Part shown: one piece after another, positions 29,899-40,724 of the stretch
Position numbering within the stretch: position 1 is the stretch's first letter
How the letters are laid out: every line of letters starts with the position of its first letter
Source of the DNA: Alphaproteobacteria bacterium
GTDB lineage: Bacteria; Pseudomonadota; Alphaproteobacteria; JBFXJJ01
Length of the DNA stretch: 64,000 nucleotides
Direction of reading: 5' to 3'
NCBI GenBank assembly: GCA_050175015.1
Contig: JBFXJJ010000009.1
Span: 29,937 to 93,936, forward strand
The notes under the pieces: model-generated
Told to the model about the DNA's origin: nothing
Seen by the model: the letters and a program-made list of their open reading frames with translations, nothing else
Databases searched by the model: none
Translations under genes and position numbers: made by a program

Positions 29899-32800
29899 TT
29901 ATAATATATTATCAGGAATTTCCATAAGTATTGGAATTGCTGTCCAAATTATAGCACATTTTATTTTTTTTCTAGGATATATCTGCATAATGGCATCTTT
30001 ATAAGAAGACATTTGATAAAGATAAATGGGCGGTATTTCGGCAATAGTTTTAGGCGGCATACGTGAAGTTTTATAATCTATAATAAAGACTTCATCATCT
30101 GTTACTAAGAGTCGATCGATTTTTCCTGAAATAATATTCTTGCCAACTAATCCTGTTATTCCGACTTCTGCTCTTGACTGCGCGTTTTTAAAAATTTCAC
30201 AAAAACTGGGATTGTTAATAACATCAAACGTTTCTTTTATAATGTTATTAAGCTCTATTTCAGTGCAGTTTCCCGCATTTTTTCTTAAATAAAATAATGC
30301 AGATTTTTCTCTTTGCGAAGGTTCTATTTCAGGCAGAATTTGTAGTAGTTTATGTATCAGGTTACCTTTTAGAAACTTTTTGCCCGCATCATCTCTTAAG
30401 GGAGAAAAAACAGACGGTTCTTCAAGATTTGGTTTGGAAGGAGCCAACGGCCTTGGCGGGGTTGGTTCTTTTTCAGGGTTGCTGGTTAACCACGATGGTA
30501 GATTAAGGTTTGTTGCGCTGATTACTAAGGGGGTGTTTTTTTCAGGCAGAGTAATTTCTTGAGGACAAGATAGCCGCAGAATCTCACTTGGAATTTCATC
30601 GTTGTAATTTTTTAAAAACTCATTTGTTTCTTTTTCTGCTATAGGTTCGATTCCTTTTTTAACTAAATCAATCCAAGAATCGTTTTGAAGTTTGCCGTAA
30701 CCGCAAATGTAAAGCCTATCCTCAGCCCTAGTCATAGCAACATATAACAGCCTTTTGTATTCTTCAAAAAGACGGTCTTTTCTATATGTAATCAAGCTAT
30801 CAATAAAGTCATTTTTTAAGCTTGAATATGGTTTCCATATCAAAACATCATTAAGCGTAAAAATGTTTTTTTCTTTCGAATATGATGGTTTTTTGGTTGT
30901 GTCTGGAAGAAAAACAATCGGAGCCTGTAAACCTTTAGCTCCGTGAACCGTCATAATTCTAACCATATTAGAAGAGTTTTTTTCTAAATCTCTTTTAATC
31001 ATAGTTTCATCAGTTTCCAGCCATAAAACAAAACTTTGCAGCGATGGAATATGTTCTTTTTCATATAACAAAGTCAGATTTAAAAGCTCATCAAGGCAGT
31101 CTTCGGCTTCAAAACCAAGTCTTGAGACAATCTTTTTTCTGCCATTTAAGACGTTTAGAATATAAGCAAACAGTTCATATGGACGTATAAAATCCGTTTT
31201 ATTTAAAAGATGGTTTAAATAATCATACGCCTTGCCAAGATTAGAGTTTTCTCCGTTATGTTTTTTCAAACTTTCCCATAAGGTCAAATGACCTCGGTTA
31301 TATGCAACTTCAAACAACTCTTCTTCACTAATATCTATCAGCGGACTTCTCAGAGCTTCGGCTAAAGAAAGATTATCCTCTGGAAGCAGCAAAAATTTAG
31401 CCAAAGATAACAAATCCATAACGGCGATTTGTTCGGTTAGCTTCATACGATCTGCGCCAGAAGTAGCGACTTTAAGATTTTTTAATTCTTTGATTAAATC
31501 TTCAACCAAACCGTTGCGCTGTTTTACCAAAATCATAATATCTTTAGGTTCAATCGGTCTGTTTTGAGATAATAAAAGCTCCTTATTATCAATCATATCA
31601 GCAATTTTTTGTGCTATGAGTTTTGCCAGTCTTTTTTGTGGTGAAGGCAGAGTAAAACGTTCAACTGGCGGCTGCCAAGGTTCTGCGGGCTGTTCCTTAT
31701 AAGGTTCAATAACGGGCCACAACTCAACAAGTCCGCTTTCGCCAACACGGAAAGGAATATGAATCGGACTTTCATCTTTATCTAGAACCCCTTTTTGGTT
31801 TTCTGGAATAGAAAAAGTTTCATTTACAGCTTGAAGAACAGCTCGAGTTGAACGGAAAGAAATATCAAGATTAATATCATTCCAATGATGATTAGAACTT
31901 TCAGCCTTATCTTTTAAAAGATTCTTCATCAAAGAAAAGCCCGCTGGATCTGCGCCTTGAAAACTGAATATTGATTGTTTCTTATCACCAACAGCAAAAA
32001 TAGTTCGATTGTTCTTTTTGGCGCCATCTCCTGCAAAAAACTCAGAAGACAAAGCTTCAATTATAGACCATTGTTGAGGATTGGTATCTTGAGCCTCATC
32101 AACTAAAATATGGTCTATGCCAGCATCAAGTTTATATAAAACCCAAGCCGCCGTTTCTTTATTTCTTAACAAATCCGATGTTATGGCAATTAAATCATCA
32201 TAATCAAGCAAAGCATTTAATTTTTTGTGTTTTTCATATTGCATTATGATTTCTTTGCTTATCGCAAAAAGCGCCGATGACGCCTTATAAATCGTTAAGG
32301 TATCAATCTTAGAAATAAATTTTAGATGTTTGTCCGCTTCTTCATATAAAAGTTCTTTTATGTCAGGGTGTTTTTTTAGAGCATTAGATCTTTCCCTGCT
32401 CCTTACATCTAAATCTTTTCTTAAAAAGCAGTTGCGATATTCTTCATAAAGCTGTTTTTTCCCTTCCAAAGATGCCTCAAGCCAAAGCTTTATAGTTTTA
32501 CCGTCTTCTATTTCCGTCTTTGCTGAACTGCTTAAAAAGGCATCTGCCATTTTAATAAGGTTGGGCTTATTATCTTGTTCTATGAAGAAACTTAAGAATA
32601 AAGAATCAAAATTTTCGCCTTGTGATATGTTTAACTCTTTTTGCAAGGCGGTTTCAAACTGTTCAATATTTTCATATTTTATTGCCAAATCTAATATCTG
32701 ATGGCGATTGCTTAAAACATTGTTGATAATATCATCAAAACGGCTTTCAGGCGAAAGTTCGGCAACGGTTTTTAAGGCATCAGCAATTTCAACATAATTT

Positions 32801-33342
32801 TTATATTGTGATTTTAAAAAGACATCATTTTTAGCATCGCTCATAATCTCTAAAGCATCACGGTCATTCATAACTTTAAAATGAGGCGATATTCCAGCTT
32901 CAAGCGGAAATCTTTTTAAAATATGCTGGCAAAAAGCGTGAATGGTCTGAATCTTTATATCGTTTACAGCATCAAGCATAATCGCAAAAAGCTGCCTTGC
33001 TAGTGCGATTGTTTTGGCTTCATCTTTAGGAGAAGCGGCACATATTTTTATAATATCATCTAAAATAGCTTTATCATTTTTAGCCGTTGCCCACTCTTGC
33101 AGTTTGAGTGAAATTCTATCGTGCATTTCTGCGGCGGCGGCATTGGTAAAAGTCAGACACAAAATTGTTTTGGGATTAACGCCTTCAAGCAAAAGTCTTA
33201 AATATCTATCGGCAAGAACTTTAGTTTTTCCAGAACCAGCCGAGGCAGTAACCCAAGATGATGTTAAAGGATTTGATGCTTTCTGCTGTTTTTGGGAGGC
33301 GCTCTTTTTTACCTGTTCTTGGGTGGTTTTTATATCCATCAT
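29899..33342 (-). CDS. addA: Helicase/nuclease AddA
   Basis: ASAGSGKT, LVDEAQD, VGDKKQSIFSFQGA, TVHGAKGL, YVAMTRA, GKIDRL..IIDYKT. Confidence 0.95.
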   Translation of the reverse strand: MMDIKTTQEQVKKSASQKQQKASNPLTSSWVTASAGSGKTKVLADRYLRLLLEGVNPKTILCLTFTNAAAAEMHDRISLKLQEWATAKNDKAILDDIIKICAASPKDEAKTIALARQLFAIMLDAVNDIKIQTIHAFCQHILKRFPLEAGISPHFKVMNDRDALEIMSDAKNDVFLKSQYKNYVEIADALKTVAELSPESRFDDIINNVLSNRHQILDLAIKYENIEQFETALQKELNISQGENFDSLFLSFFIEQDNKPNLIKMADAFLSSSAKTEIEDGKTIKLWLEASLEGKKQLYEEYRNCFLRKDLDVRSRERSNALKKHPDIKELLYEEADKHLKFISKIDTLTIYKASSALFAISKEIIMQYEKHKKLNALLDYDDLIAITSDLLRNKETAAWVLYKLDAGIDHILVDEAQDTNPQQWSIIEALSSEFFAGDGAKKNNRTIFAVGDKKQSIFSFQGADPAGFSLMKNLLKDKAESSNHHWNDINLDISFRSTRAVLQAVNETFSIPENQKGVLDKDESPIHIPFRVGESGLVELWPVIEPYKEQPAEPWQPPVERFTLPSPQKRLAKLIAQKIADMIDNKELLLSQNRPIEPKDIMILVKQRNGLVEDLIKELKNLKVATSGADRMKLTEQIAVMDLLSLAKFLLLPEDNLSLAEALRSPLIDISEEELFEVAYNRGHLTLWESLKKHNGENSNLGKAYDYLNHLLNKTDFIRPYELFAYILNVLNGRKKIVSRLGFEAEDCLDELLNLTLLYEKEHIPSLQSFVLWLETDETMIKRDLEKNSSNMVRIMTVHGAKGLQAPIVFLPDTTKKPSYSKEKNIFTLNDVLIWKPYSSLKNDFIDSLITYRKDRLFEEYKRLLYVAMTRAEDRLYICGYGKLQNDSWIDLVKKGIEPIAEKETNEFLKNYNDEIPSEILRLSCPQEITLPEKNTPLVISATNLNLPSWLTSNPEKEPTPPRPLAPSKPNLEEPSVFSPLRDDAGKKFLKGNLIHKLLQILPEIEPSQREKSALFYLRKNAGNCTEIELNNIIKETFDVINNPSFCEIFKNAQSRAEVGITGLVGKNIISGKIDRLLVTDDEVFIIDYKTSRMPPKTIAEIPPIYLYQMSSYKDAIMQIYPRKKIKCAIIWTAIPILMEIPDNIL

Positions 33343-36308
33343 TCACTTTCTCCCTCATTATCTTCAGAAGAAGCCCATTCTTTAACTCTAGCAAGATGTT
33401 GATAATCAGAATATTTAGGGGCATAAGTTGGGTGTGGTCTGGATTGATATGGCGTAGCAGGATTATCAAAAGCATTAATAAGAGCTTTGAGTCCTTCAAA
33501 GGCTCTTTCTGCTTGCTCAATTACTTCTGTTTTTGAGATTTTTTTGCTTTTTTCTCGCCCCTTTAATTCCCAAAAACAAACATCAGAAACGAGGTATCCT
33601 TGCAGTTCCTTGAAGCCGCCTTGCTCCGCAATAACAACCTCTAAAGGCAGTTGGGGAGAAAATCCGGCTAAAATATGTTTTTTGCTGGGAATGGTTCCTG
33701 TTTTATAGTCAACAATTTCAAGAGTATTATCGGTTAAAAGATTAATTCTATCGGCTATGGCATAAAGTTCAAAAGGCGCCAAAGATGCGGCAAAATTAAA
33801 ACCGCCTTTAATTTCACAAAAAGACTTTTTTATAGCTCCTTGATGATTGTTTTCTTCATTTATGAGCCAGCTAGCAATCGAAAGGAAATCTTGCCACCAG
33901 AATGATTTAATCGATGCAGGATATTGTTCAGCATCAAATTTTGAGCGCCCTATTTGAAGCAGATTTTCCAGACTGCGACTAGAACCTGCTAAGAAATCAG
34001 CAATAATTTCGTGGATTAGCGAGCCAAACTCCTTGGCTTCAGGTTCTTTGGCAATATTATCGAGAGCTTTAATTTTCAAAATATGTTTAGCATAAATTGC
34101 ATAAGGATCCCGCATTAAGGTTTCAATACCTGTTACCGCCAACTTGCGGGGGCGGGATTCTACAGGCGGACAGGGGGCGGGCGGTGCTATCGCTTCTATT
34201 TTTTCTGGTTTATCAATAGCCGAAATATAATATTTCAAAAGCTCGGACGATTTTGAATTGGCATTAAAAACGTCATTTAATTCTAAAATATCAATAATAG
34301 CACTTAGTTTTAAGAGCCATCGGGAACATGTTGTCGGTGAGCCGTTTTCTTTCCCTGCTCTAGTTATGACAACTCTTGGGGCGCAAAAATTGGCGGCAAA
34401 ATCATAAGCCATAAAACCAAGATAACAATCAGGAGACGGCAGTCCAATCTCACTTCGCATTTTTCGGTTCATAAAAGGATCTGTATTTACAGTGCTCCAA
34501 ATTTCTTCATTAACGCTTCCCATTATCATAAGGTCATAACGTTGCAGTCTTGCTTCCATTAAACCTAAGATAGCTAATCTATTATGAGAGTGATATTTCG
34601 AGCGCACGTTTTGCGGCGACATTAGATTTGAGATTATACCAAAATATTCCTGTGGTCGTATTGTTGGCAGCAAGTCGGCTTTTTCATACAAAGATGATAT
34701 AAATTCTGCAGCCGCTTCGCCGTCATCATTGCGCCATAATTTAAAATAACCTTTTTCTTGGTCATCTGATGCCAGTTCTTCAATAAATTCCATATGAGCT
34801 TTTAATAGTTCTTTAAAAGACGCCGTTTCTTTCTGGCACAGGTCATAAAATAATTGAGCCTTTGCTGATAATTCATCAAGCCAAGACGATAGTTCATCAG
34901 ATTTATTATGTTCTGTACAAAATCTAATTAAAGCTGTTTTTAAACCGTTTATGCCGTTAGTTGGACAGACCCCGCGTAAAACAGCAATCTCCAATTTTCT
35001 AACCATAGAACGGAAAGCAGGTGCGCTTATTCCGCCGCAGGAAAAAGGGTGTTTTAGAGCAGAGAGCAATTCTTTGGGAGCAAAATCTTTTATAACCATT
35101 TCCGCAGTAAGCAGAATAAAAATACCGATAGGTGTTTTGGTTAAAGGTTTGCCCGCAGAATCATCAAGGGTTATATGCCAGCGTTCTAATTCAGCGGCAA
35201 CGCTTCGAGCCAAATTACGATCTGGCGTAACAAGAGCCGCTGTCTTTCCTTTTGTTTCCAGTGCTTGGCGCATCATTAGTGCTATGCCTAAAGCCTCTTC
35301 TCTGTGATCTTTGAAATTAATAACATTTAGTCCTGAAACAGCCTCATCATCAATGCCATCGGCTTCAAGCCAGTCTTTTGTGTTTTCTGCGGGAAGCATA
35401 ATTTCAGAACAAAGTTTAACTCTGCTTTGGTTGAAAATATGACCATTATTTTTTAGTTCTAAATCTAAAAAATCCAGCTCGCTAACATCAAACCTTGATA
35501 ATTCTAATTTTTCTAAAAAACGTTTAATACCATACTGAGGGTGATTTTCTTCAATATGGGAATAAGCATCATCGCTTAATAAAAAATCAAGACCATAAAA
35601 AACAACCAGCCCCTTATCTAAATTGGCAACGGTATTCATCATTTGCGAAATTATGGGTTGAAAACCTGAAAATCCTGCCATAATAACCGTGTTTTGAGGC
35701 GGATTATGATGCCAGTAGTTGATTTGTTCATCAATCAATCTCTGGCGTCTTTCGGCACTTTCAATACAACCTTTTTCCTCTAAAATTGGCTGCCAGTAGG
35801 TTGTTATAATTGAAAGGAAATCGATAGTTTCCTGCCAATGTTCGGCAAATTCTTGCGGAATGAGGTCATTAATCTTATCTAAATCTGCCCCCTCATTTAT
35901 TACTTCATTAAGTAATTTAGAAAGTTCTGAAGCAAGCGATAGCGCAGTGTCATAGGATATAGGGTTATCTTTGGCTTCAAACTTTGCTTTAATCAGCTTT
36001 GATAAAATTAGTTTTTTTTCAAGCTCATTAATTGCTGGAGGAATTTCAATTTCTTTCGTGCTTAGAAGAGTTAAATCGTCATCATCAATATCACCTAAAG
36101 ATAATATCTTCGGCAACAGGATAACTTTTCCTGCCGACAGTCTTAAAAAAGCTTCGGCAAGACTTCGACAAGCTCTACGATTGGGCAGAAAAATCGTTAT
36201 ATCACACAAAGCAAGCAGGTTATCATCAACATAATTTAAGATTTTAGATGCTAAAGCATCAAGAAAGCTTCGTGCTAAAGAAATATTGTAAACATTGTGT
36301 TTTAACAA
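33339..36308 (-). CDS. addB: Double-strand break repair nuclease AddB
   Basis: LPNRRACR, ALVTPDRNLAR, RDPYAIYA, ADRI..IVDYKTG, YQHLARVKEW. Confidence 0.93.
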   Translation of the reverse strand: MLKHNVYNISLARSFLDALASKILNYVDDNLLALCDITIFLPNRRACRSLAEAFLRLSAGKVILLPKILSLGDIDDDDLTLLSTKEIEIPPAINELEKKLILSKLIKAKFEAKDNPISYDTALSLASELSKLLNEVINEGADLDKINDLIPQEFAEHWQETIDFLSIITTYWQPILEEKGCIESAERRQRLIDEQINYWHHNPPQNTVIMAGFSGFQPIISQMMNTVANLDKGLVVFYGLDFLLSDDAYSHIEENHPQYGIKRFLEKLELSRFDVSELDFLDLELKNNGHIFNQSRVKLCSEIMLPAENTKDWLEADGIDDEAVSGLNVINFKDHREEALGIALMMRQALETKGKTAALVTPDRNLARSVAAELERWHITLDDSAGKPLTKTPIGIFILLTAEMVIKDFAPKELLSALKHPFSCGGISAPAFRSMVRKLEIAVLRGVCPTNGINGLKTALIRFCTEHNKSDELSSWLDELSAKAQLFYDLCQKETASFKELLKAHMEFIEELASDDQEKGYFKLWRNDDGEAAAEFISSLYEKADLLPTIRPQEYFGIISNLMSPQNVRSKYHSHNRLAILGLMEARLQRYDLMIMGSVNEEIWSTVNTDPFMNRKMRSEIGLPSPDCYLGFMAYDFAANFCAPRVVITRAGKENGSPTTCSRWLLKLSAIIDILELNDVFNANSKSSELLKYYISAIDKPEKIEAIAPPAPCPPVESRPRKLAVTGIETLMRDPYAIYAKHILKIKALDNIAKEPEAKEFGSLIHEIIADFLAGSSRSLENLLQIGRSKFDAEQYPASIKSFWWQDFLSIASWLINEENNHQGAIKKSFCEIKGGFNFAASLAPFELYAIADRINLLTDNTLEIVDYKTGTIPSKKHILAGFSPQLPLEVVIAEQGGFKELQGYLVSDVCFWELKGREKSKKISKTEVIEQAERAFEGLKALINAFDNPATPYQSRPHPTYAPKYSDYQHLARVKEWASSEDNEGESE

Positions 36309-36312
36309 TTTC

Positions 36313-37023
36313 TTATCCTAATCGTTTTTGTGCCATGGCTAAAGCCTCTGGAGTGCCGACGTGAAACCAATCGCCTTTATGAACAACAGCGCCTAAACGT
36401 TTTCTTTTTTCGGCTTCATCATAGATTTTAACCAAAGAAAATTTGGTATCAGTTATATTTTTAAAGACATTAGGATTTAGAATTTGAGCGCCAGCATAAA
36501 CTAAAGGAGCGCTGTTTTCTTCTTTGAATTTACGCCTAGGGACTCCGTCTTCCATAAAATAATCGCCAACGCCATCGTGTCCAAAACAGCGCTCAATAGG
36601 TTGCAGCAAGATAACAGCATCATATTTCTCAGAATCAAAATGTTCGGCAAGCTTCAAAAGCGCAGGTTTTTCGTCTTCTTCAGTCCATATCGGGTCACTG
36701 TTTGTAACCCAAAATGGTGCTGCACCTAATAAAGGCAGAGCTTTTTTTACTCCGCCGCCAGTATCAAGAGGTTCTTCTTCTTCAGAAAAGATTATTTCTG
36801 GAGCGCTTCTTTTGGTAATATATTCCCGTATCATAGAACCTAAATGGCAGATATTAACCACACAAGAATCAAGACCTGTTTCTGTAATACGATTTAAAGC
36901 ATAATCAATTAGAGCTTTGTTGTTTACTTGAACTAAAGGCTTTGGGGTTTCTTTAGAAATATCACGCATTCTTGTGCCGCGCCCTGCAGCAAGAACCATA
37001 GCTTTATTGGGGGTTACGGACAT
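36313..37023 (-). CDS. murU: MurNAc-alpha-1-phosphate uridylyltransferase
   Basis: AMVLAAGRGTRMR..PKPL, DTGGG, WFHVGT; coupled to amgK. Confidence 0.8.
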   Translation of the reverse strand: MSVTPNKAMVLAAGRGTRMRDISKETPKPLVQVNNKALIDYALNRITETGLDSCVVNICHLGSMIREYITKRSAPEIIFSEEEEPLDTGGGVKKALPLLGAAPFWVTNSDPIWTEEDEKPALLKLAEHFDSEKYDAVILLQPIERCFGHDGVGDYFMEDGVPRRKFKEENSAPLVYAGAQILNPNVFKNITDTKFSLVKIYDEAEKRKRLGAVVHKGDWFHVGTPEALAMAQKRLG

Positions 37024-38032
37024 TGGGTATCTTCCTTAAGTTTATAGGAATGTTACGGTTAAACCATTGTTTAAGTTGGTAGAGAGCTGAATGTTCCAAT
37101 GAGTTTTCAAGTAGTTTCCAAACTCTTGGTATGTGATTAAGATAATTTGGTTTACCGTCTCTTACACATAATCGGGTAAAAATTCCGATAACTTTGGAAT
37201 GTCTGACCGCTCCCAATATTGCCCACGCTGCATCAAAATCATCTAAATCAATAAAGGTGCTGTCATTTTGACCATCAAATGCGGAAAGATAGCGAGCTTT
37301 CATTTCTGAGATGAGGTTTTGATCAATATCACGTCTTGCATCTTCCATAAGAGACATTAAATCATAAATCATAGGTCCTTTAAGGCCATCTTGAAAATCT
37401 AAGAGACCGCAGGATTTTAGACCGTTGGCGTTCTTTACTTTCATTAAATTGTCAACGTGATAATCTCTCAAAACAAGGCTTTCAGGTATAGCTCTAACTT
37501 TTTTTAAAGCATCTTTCCATAAGGCAATATATTCTTCACGTACGCTTTCAGTAACAGGTTTTTTAAACAAGGCAGGCATATACCAATCAGTTAGCAGAAG
37601 AGCTTCATTGATAAATCTATCATCGTCATAAGATGGAATATTTTCAGGCGTTGCCTCTTTTGTCGGGCGTTTGTTCAATTCAATTAAAACGTCAACCGCT
37701 AAACGGTAAAGGTCTTTTTCATTTTCTCCTTTTGCTAAGAGTTTGGTATAAGTATCATCACCAAAATCTTCTAGCAGAATTAAGCCGTTTTTTTCATCTT
37801 CAGCAATAATTTCTGGAGCATTAAGTCCTAGTCCTTTTAAGTGCTTAGCAATATTTACAAAGGGTTTTATATCTTCTTGGGGAGGAGGGGCGTCCATTAG
37901 CACGACCGTAAAATCTTTTTTGGTTAATCGAAAATATTTACGGAAAGAAGCATCTGCTGCCAAAATATTCATTTGGGCATCACTTAAATTGTTGTTCTTA
38001 ATAAAATTTTTTATCGTTTCTTCTCTGTTCAT
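37004..38032 (-). CDS. amgK: Anomeric MurNAc/GlcNAc kinase (APH-like)
   Basis: DASFRKYFR, LMDAPP, RDYHVDNL, LDFQD, GIFTRL..RDGK. Confidence 0.85.
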   Translation of the reverse strand: MNREETIKNFIKNNNLSDAQMNILAADASFRKYFRLTKKDFTVVLMDAPPPQEDIKPFVNIAKHLKGLGLNAPEIIAEDEKNGLILLEDFGDDTYTKLLAKGENEKDLYRLAVDVLIELNKRPTKEATPENIPSYDDDRFINEALLLTDWYMPALFKKPVTESVREEYIALWKDALKKVRAIPESLVLRDYHVDNLMKVKNANGLKSCGLLDFQDGLKGPMIYDLMSLMEDARRDIDQNLISEMKARYLSAFDGQNDSTFIDLDDFDAAWAILGAVRHSKVIGIFTRLCVRDGKPNYLNHIPRVWKLLENSLEHSALYQLKQWFNRNIPINLRKIPNVRNPQ

Positions 38033-38064
38033 AATTTATAATCTTTATCTAAAAGCTGTATCAA

Positions 38065-38574
38065 TTATAATTTTAAGCTGGCTAAGCGCTCATCCCAAGC
38101 GTTATGCAGACTAGTTATGGTTATTATTCGTTTTTGATTAGAATGAGGGGTGCCATCATCTGCCATAGATATTTTAATTTCTAGTCTTTTTAAAGGGAGA
38201 TATGCTCCCATATTTTTTGACCATTCAATCAAAGATATTCCGCTGGCAAAGGCATCTTCAATTCCTAATTCAAAAACCTCTTCAGGTGTTTTTATACGGT
38301 AAAGATCAAAATGCCAAATAGTTTTATCAATATCATCACGTTTATCTTGATAATCATATGTTTGAACTAAAGTAAAGGTCGGGCTTGGAACTTTTTCTTT
38401 TTTGCCACATAGATTTTTGATAAAAGCTCTCGCAAAAACGCTTTTTCCAACCCCAAGCGTCCCTTCTAAAGAGATAATATCCTGAGGTCTAGCTATAGTT
38501 GAAACTAACTTAGCTAGTTTTTCAGTCATTTTCTGATTTGTAATCGTAAAACTGACAGAAAGGTTTGGGCTCAT
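38065..38574 (-). CDS. tsaE: tRNA t6A biosynthesis ATPase TsaE
   Basis: GTLGVGKS, VPSPTFTLVQ.Y, HFDLYR, IEW. Confidence 0.95.
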   Translation of the reverse strand: MSPNLSVSFTITNQKMTEKLAKLVSTIARPQDIISLEGTLGVGKSVFARAFIKNLCGKKEKVPSPTFTLVQTYDYQDKRDDIDKTIWHFDLYRIKTPEEVFELGIEDAFASGISLIEWSKNMGAYLPLKRLEIKISMADDGTPHSNQKRIITITSLHNAWDERLASLKL

Positions 38575-38587
38575 ATCGTAATATTTA

Positions 38588-39619
38588 CTAGAACATTTTT
38601 AATAAAGAACCGACTAGTCCTTCAACCATTGACGACGAAGAGCTGGAAGATGATCCTCCCTGAGATGGAATTACATTATCCAACATCGCTTTTTTCTGAA
38701 TAGTATTATGTTCACGCCAATCCCAAGGCATATAAAATTCACCTTCCCAAAGACCTATTTGTTCGGTGCGGGCTTTGTTCTCATAAGGAACATAAACATC
38801 ACCAGAGAATTGACGATATGCAACAGCCCAACCGTTAATAACCATTGCTGCGCCAACATCATAAACGCCAACAGAACAGGTTCCAATAGCGTGTCCTTTA
38901 CTGTTTTGCTGCATAATGTTGCAAGCAACATCACTGTTGCCTAACATTTTTCTAAGTTCTTGAGCCGCTTTTTGACCACAGCGATAAGATGTTCCTGAAC
39001 GGTTAGCACAGGTCTGATTTGGCTCAGGAGCATCAATGCCAAACAAGCGAATGATTCGGTTGCCAATTTGAATTGTATCACCGTTAATAACACGAGCTAC
39101 ACCTGAAATAATATTTTGAGCTGGTTGTGGTTCCGGTTCTGGTTGTTCTTGAGGAATTTGTTTTTGGACTTGCTTTTCAGGCTGGGGTTTAGGAGCATAA
39201 TCTTGAAGTAGGTCTTGTTTTAAAAAGTTATCTTCATCTTCTTCAATTTCGTTAAGCATTGGAGCCGTAGTATTGGCGGAAGTCTCTTGAGCTTTAGAAA
39301 GTTCCTCTTCAGTTTTGGTGGCATCTATCTTTTTTTCTTCTTTCATTGAAGACATCATTTGACCAATAGAACCTAAATCTGGCATCGATCCTGAACCAGA
39401 AAACAACATAAAACTGCCAATAACAATTAGACCAATAACAATTAAGCAGCCGATAGCTTTCCAGATGATTTTATAAACAACAATTAAAAGTAGGGCAACG
39501 GCAAGCAGCCCAGCGCCGCCTTTTAAAAAGGAAGAGTCTCCTTGTTGTACGCCTACTCCCCCCATTATTATGCTGGAAGCAAATAGTGTTAGTAAAATAA
39601 GGCGAACAAAGGAAAACAT
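38588..39619 (-). CDS. Membrane-anchored thermonuclease (SNase-family) protein
   Basis: N-terminal TM helices and linker, then VINGDTI..IRLFGIDAPE..Q.C..CG, GWA.AY, GLW....PWDWR. Confidence 0.85.
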   Translation of the reverse strand: MFSFVRLILLTLFASSIIMGGVGVQQGDSSFLKGGAGLLAVALLLIVVYKIIWKAIGCLIVIGLIVIGSFMLFSGSGSMPDLGSIGQMMSSMKEEKKIDATKTEEELSKAQETSANTTAPMLNEIEEDEDNFLKQDLLQDYAPKPQPEKQVQKQIPQEQPEPEPQPAQNIISGVARVINGDTIQIGNRIIRLFGIDAPEPNQTCANRSGTSYRCGQKAAQELRKMLGNSDVACNIMQQNSKGHAIGTCSVGVYDVGAAMVINGWAVAYRQFSGDVYVPYENKARTEQIGLWEGEFYMPWDWREHNTIQKKAMLDNVIPSQGGSSSSSSSSMVEGLVGSLLKMF

Positions 39620-39758
39620 TATAAAAAAACCACTTAATATTTCAAAACCTGAGAAGCTAGATTATCAATTATATGACTAAAAGTAAAAATCTTTTTACCT
39701 TTTTAACACAAAACTAAAACTAAAGGTATAAAAATTTGCAAACTAAATTTTGCAAAAT

Positions 39759-40592
39759 TTACTTGCTTCTATCTGCGGCTTTTTCTTTAGCCATTCTAAC
39801 TTGTTCGGCAGACAATTCACGTTTCGTAACCTTTTTCACAGCTTTGGTATTGTGACGTCCTGATTTTTCTAAAATCATAGATAATTTACGACGTTCGTTT
39901 TTATCCATTTTGCCGTGACGTGATTTTTCAATCTTTTGAACTTGAACCTGAGATTTTTTCTTTTCTTCTTTTTCTTCTTTTTTAGCAACTTTTTTACCGA
40001 GATATTTAGAAAATTCTTTGTAATATTTATTGTCTTTAATGCTGAAACTGAAGAGTCCGCTGCTTGCTCTCTTTTTAGCAGCTTTTTCAAAATCTTTGGC
40101 TTTGGCATTTGGGTTATTTCTTGCATTGTCTAAGGCTTTGTTTTTTAATCCCTTAGGCATTTTTATTTTATGCTTTCTTAAAATTTTTCTGGATTCGTTA
40201 GCACGATTTTCACGGCGATGAATGCGATCTTCATTAGATCTTTCTGAGGCATTTTTTTGAGTGCTAGCATAAGGATTTTTAGCTTCCTCAGCCCCGCCTT
40301 TTTCGACTCTATTATTTCTAATATTATCTAAAATATGTTCTTCGATTAGGTCGTTAGTGCGAGATTGAGTATTGCTTTCTGTAACTTTTTTATCGTGTAC
40401 CGAGTTATGATCAAGTCCTCTTTTTTTCATTATCATATCAAGGACTTCTCTTTTTAATGTGGAGCTATTAGCGTGAAAGTTTTCGCCTAAATCTTTAAGA
40501 GTTGCGTTTTCAACGTTTTCTTCTCTTTTTTTGCTACGAGCAGACTTTTGTCCGACATCGGTGTTTTTATTATTATTTTGGCTCCAGTCCAT
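39759..40592 (-). CDS. Hypothetical Lys/Arg/Asn-rich protein; candidate exported effector
   Basis: 277-aa hydrophilic ORF with AAGGA RBS; C-terminus LSAEQVRMAKEKAADRSK. Confidence 0.6.
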   Translation of the reverse strand: MDWSQNNNKNTDVGQKSARSKKREENVENATLKDLGENFHANSSTLKREVLDMIMKKRGLDHNSVHDKKVTESNTQSRTNDLIEEHILDNIRNNRVEKGGAEEAKNPYASTQKNASERSNEDRIHRRENRANESRKILRKHKIKMPKGLKNKALDNARNNPNAKAKDFEKAAKKRASSGLFSFSIKDNKYYKEFSKYLGKKVAKKEEKEEKKKSQVQVQKIEKSRHGKMDKNERRKLSMILEKSGRHNTKAVKKVTKRELSAEQVRMAKEKAADRSK

Positions 40593-40649
40593 TGTCTTTT
40601 CCTTAGCTTAATAAATTGCAATAACTACATATAAATATATCTAAAATAA

Positions 40650-40678
40650 ATTATCTCGCAAAGCATCTTTTTTGTCAA
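40650..40678 (-). promoter_or_regulatory. Sigma70-like promoter of the 39759-40592 gene
   Basis: Minus strand TTGACA-17 nt-GATAAT. Confidence 0.55.
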
Positions 40679-40724
40679 GTTTTTCGAAAACAAATACTAA
40701 CAGTTTTTATAAAAGTGTAATATT

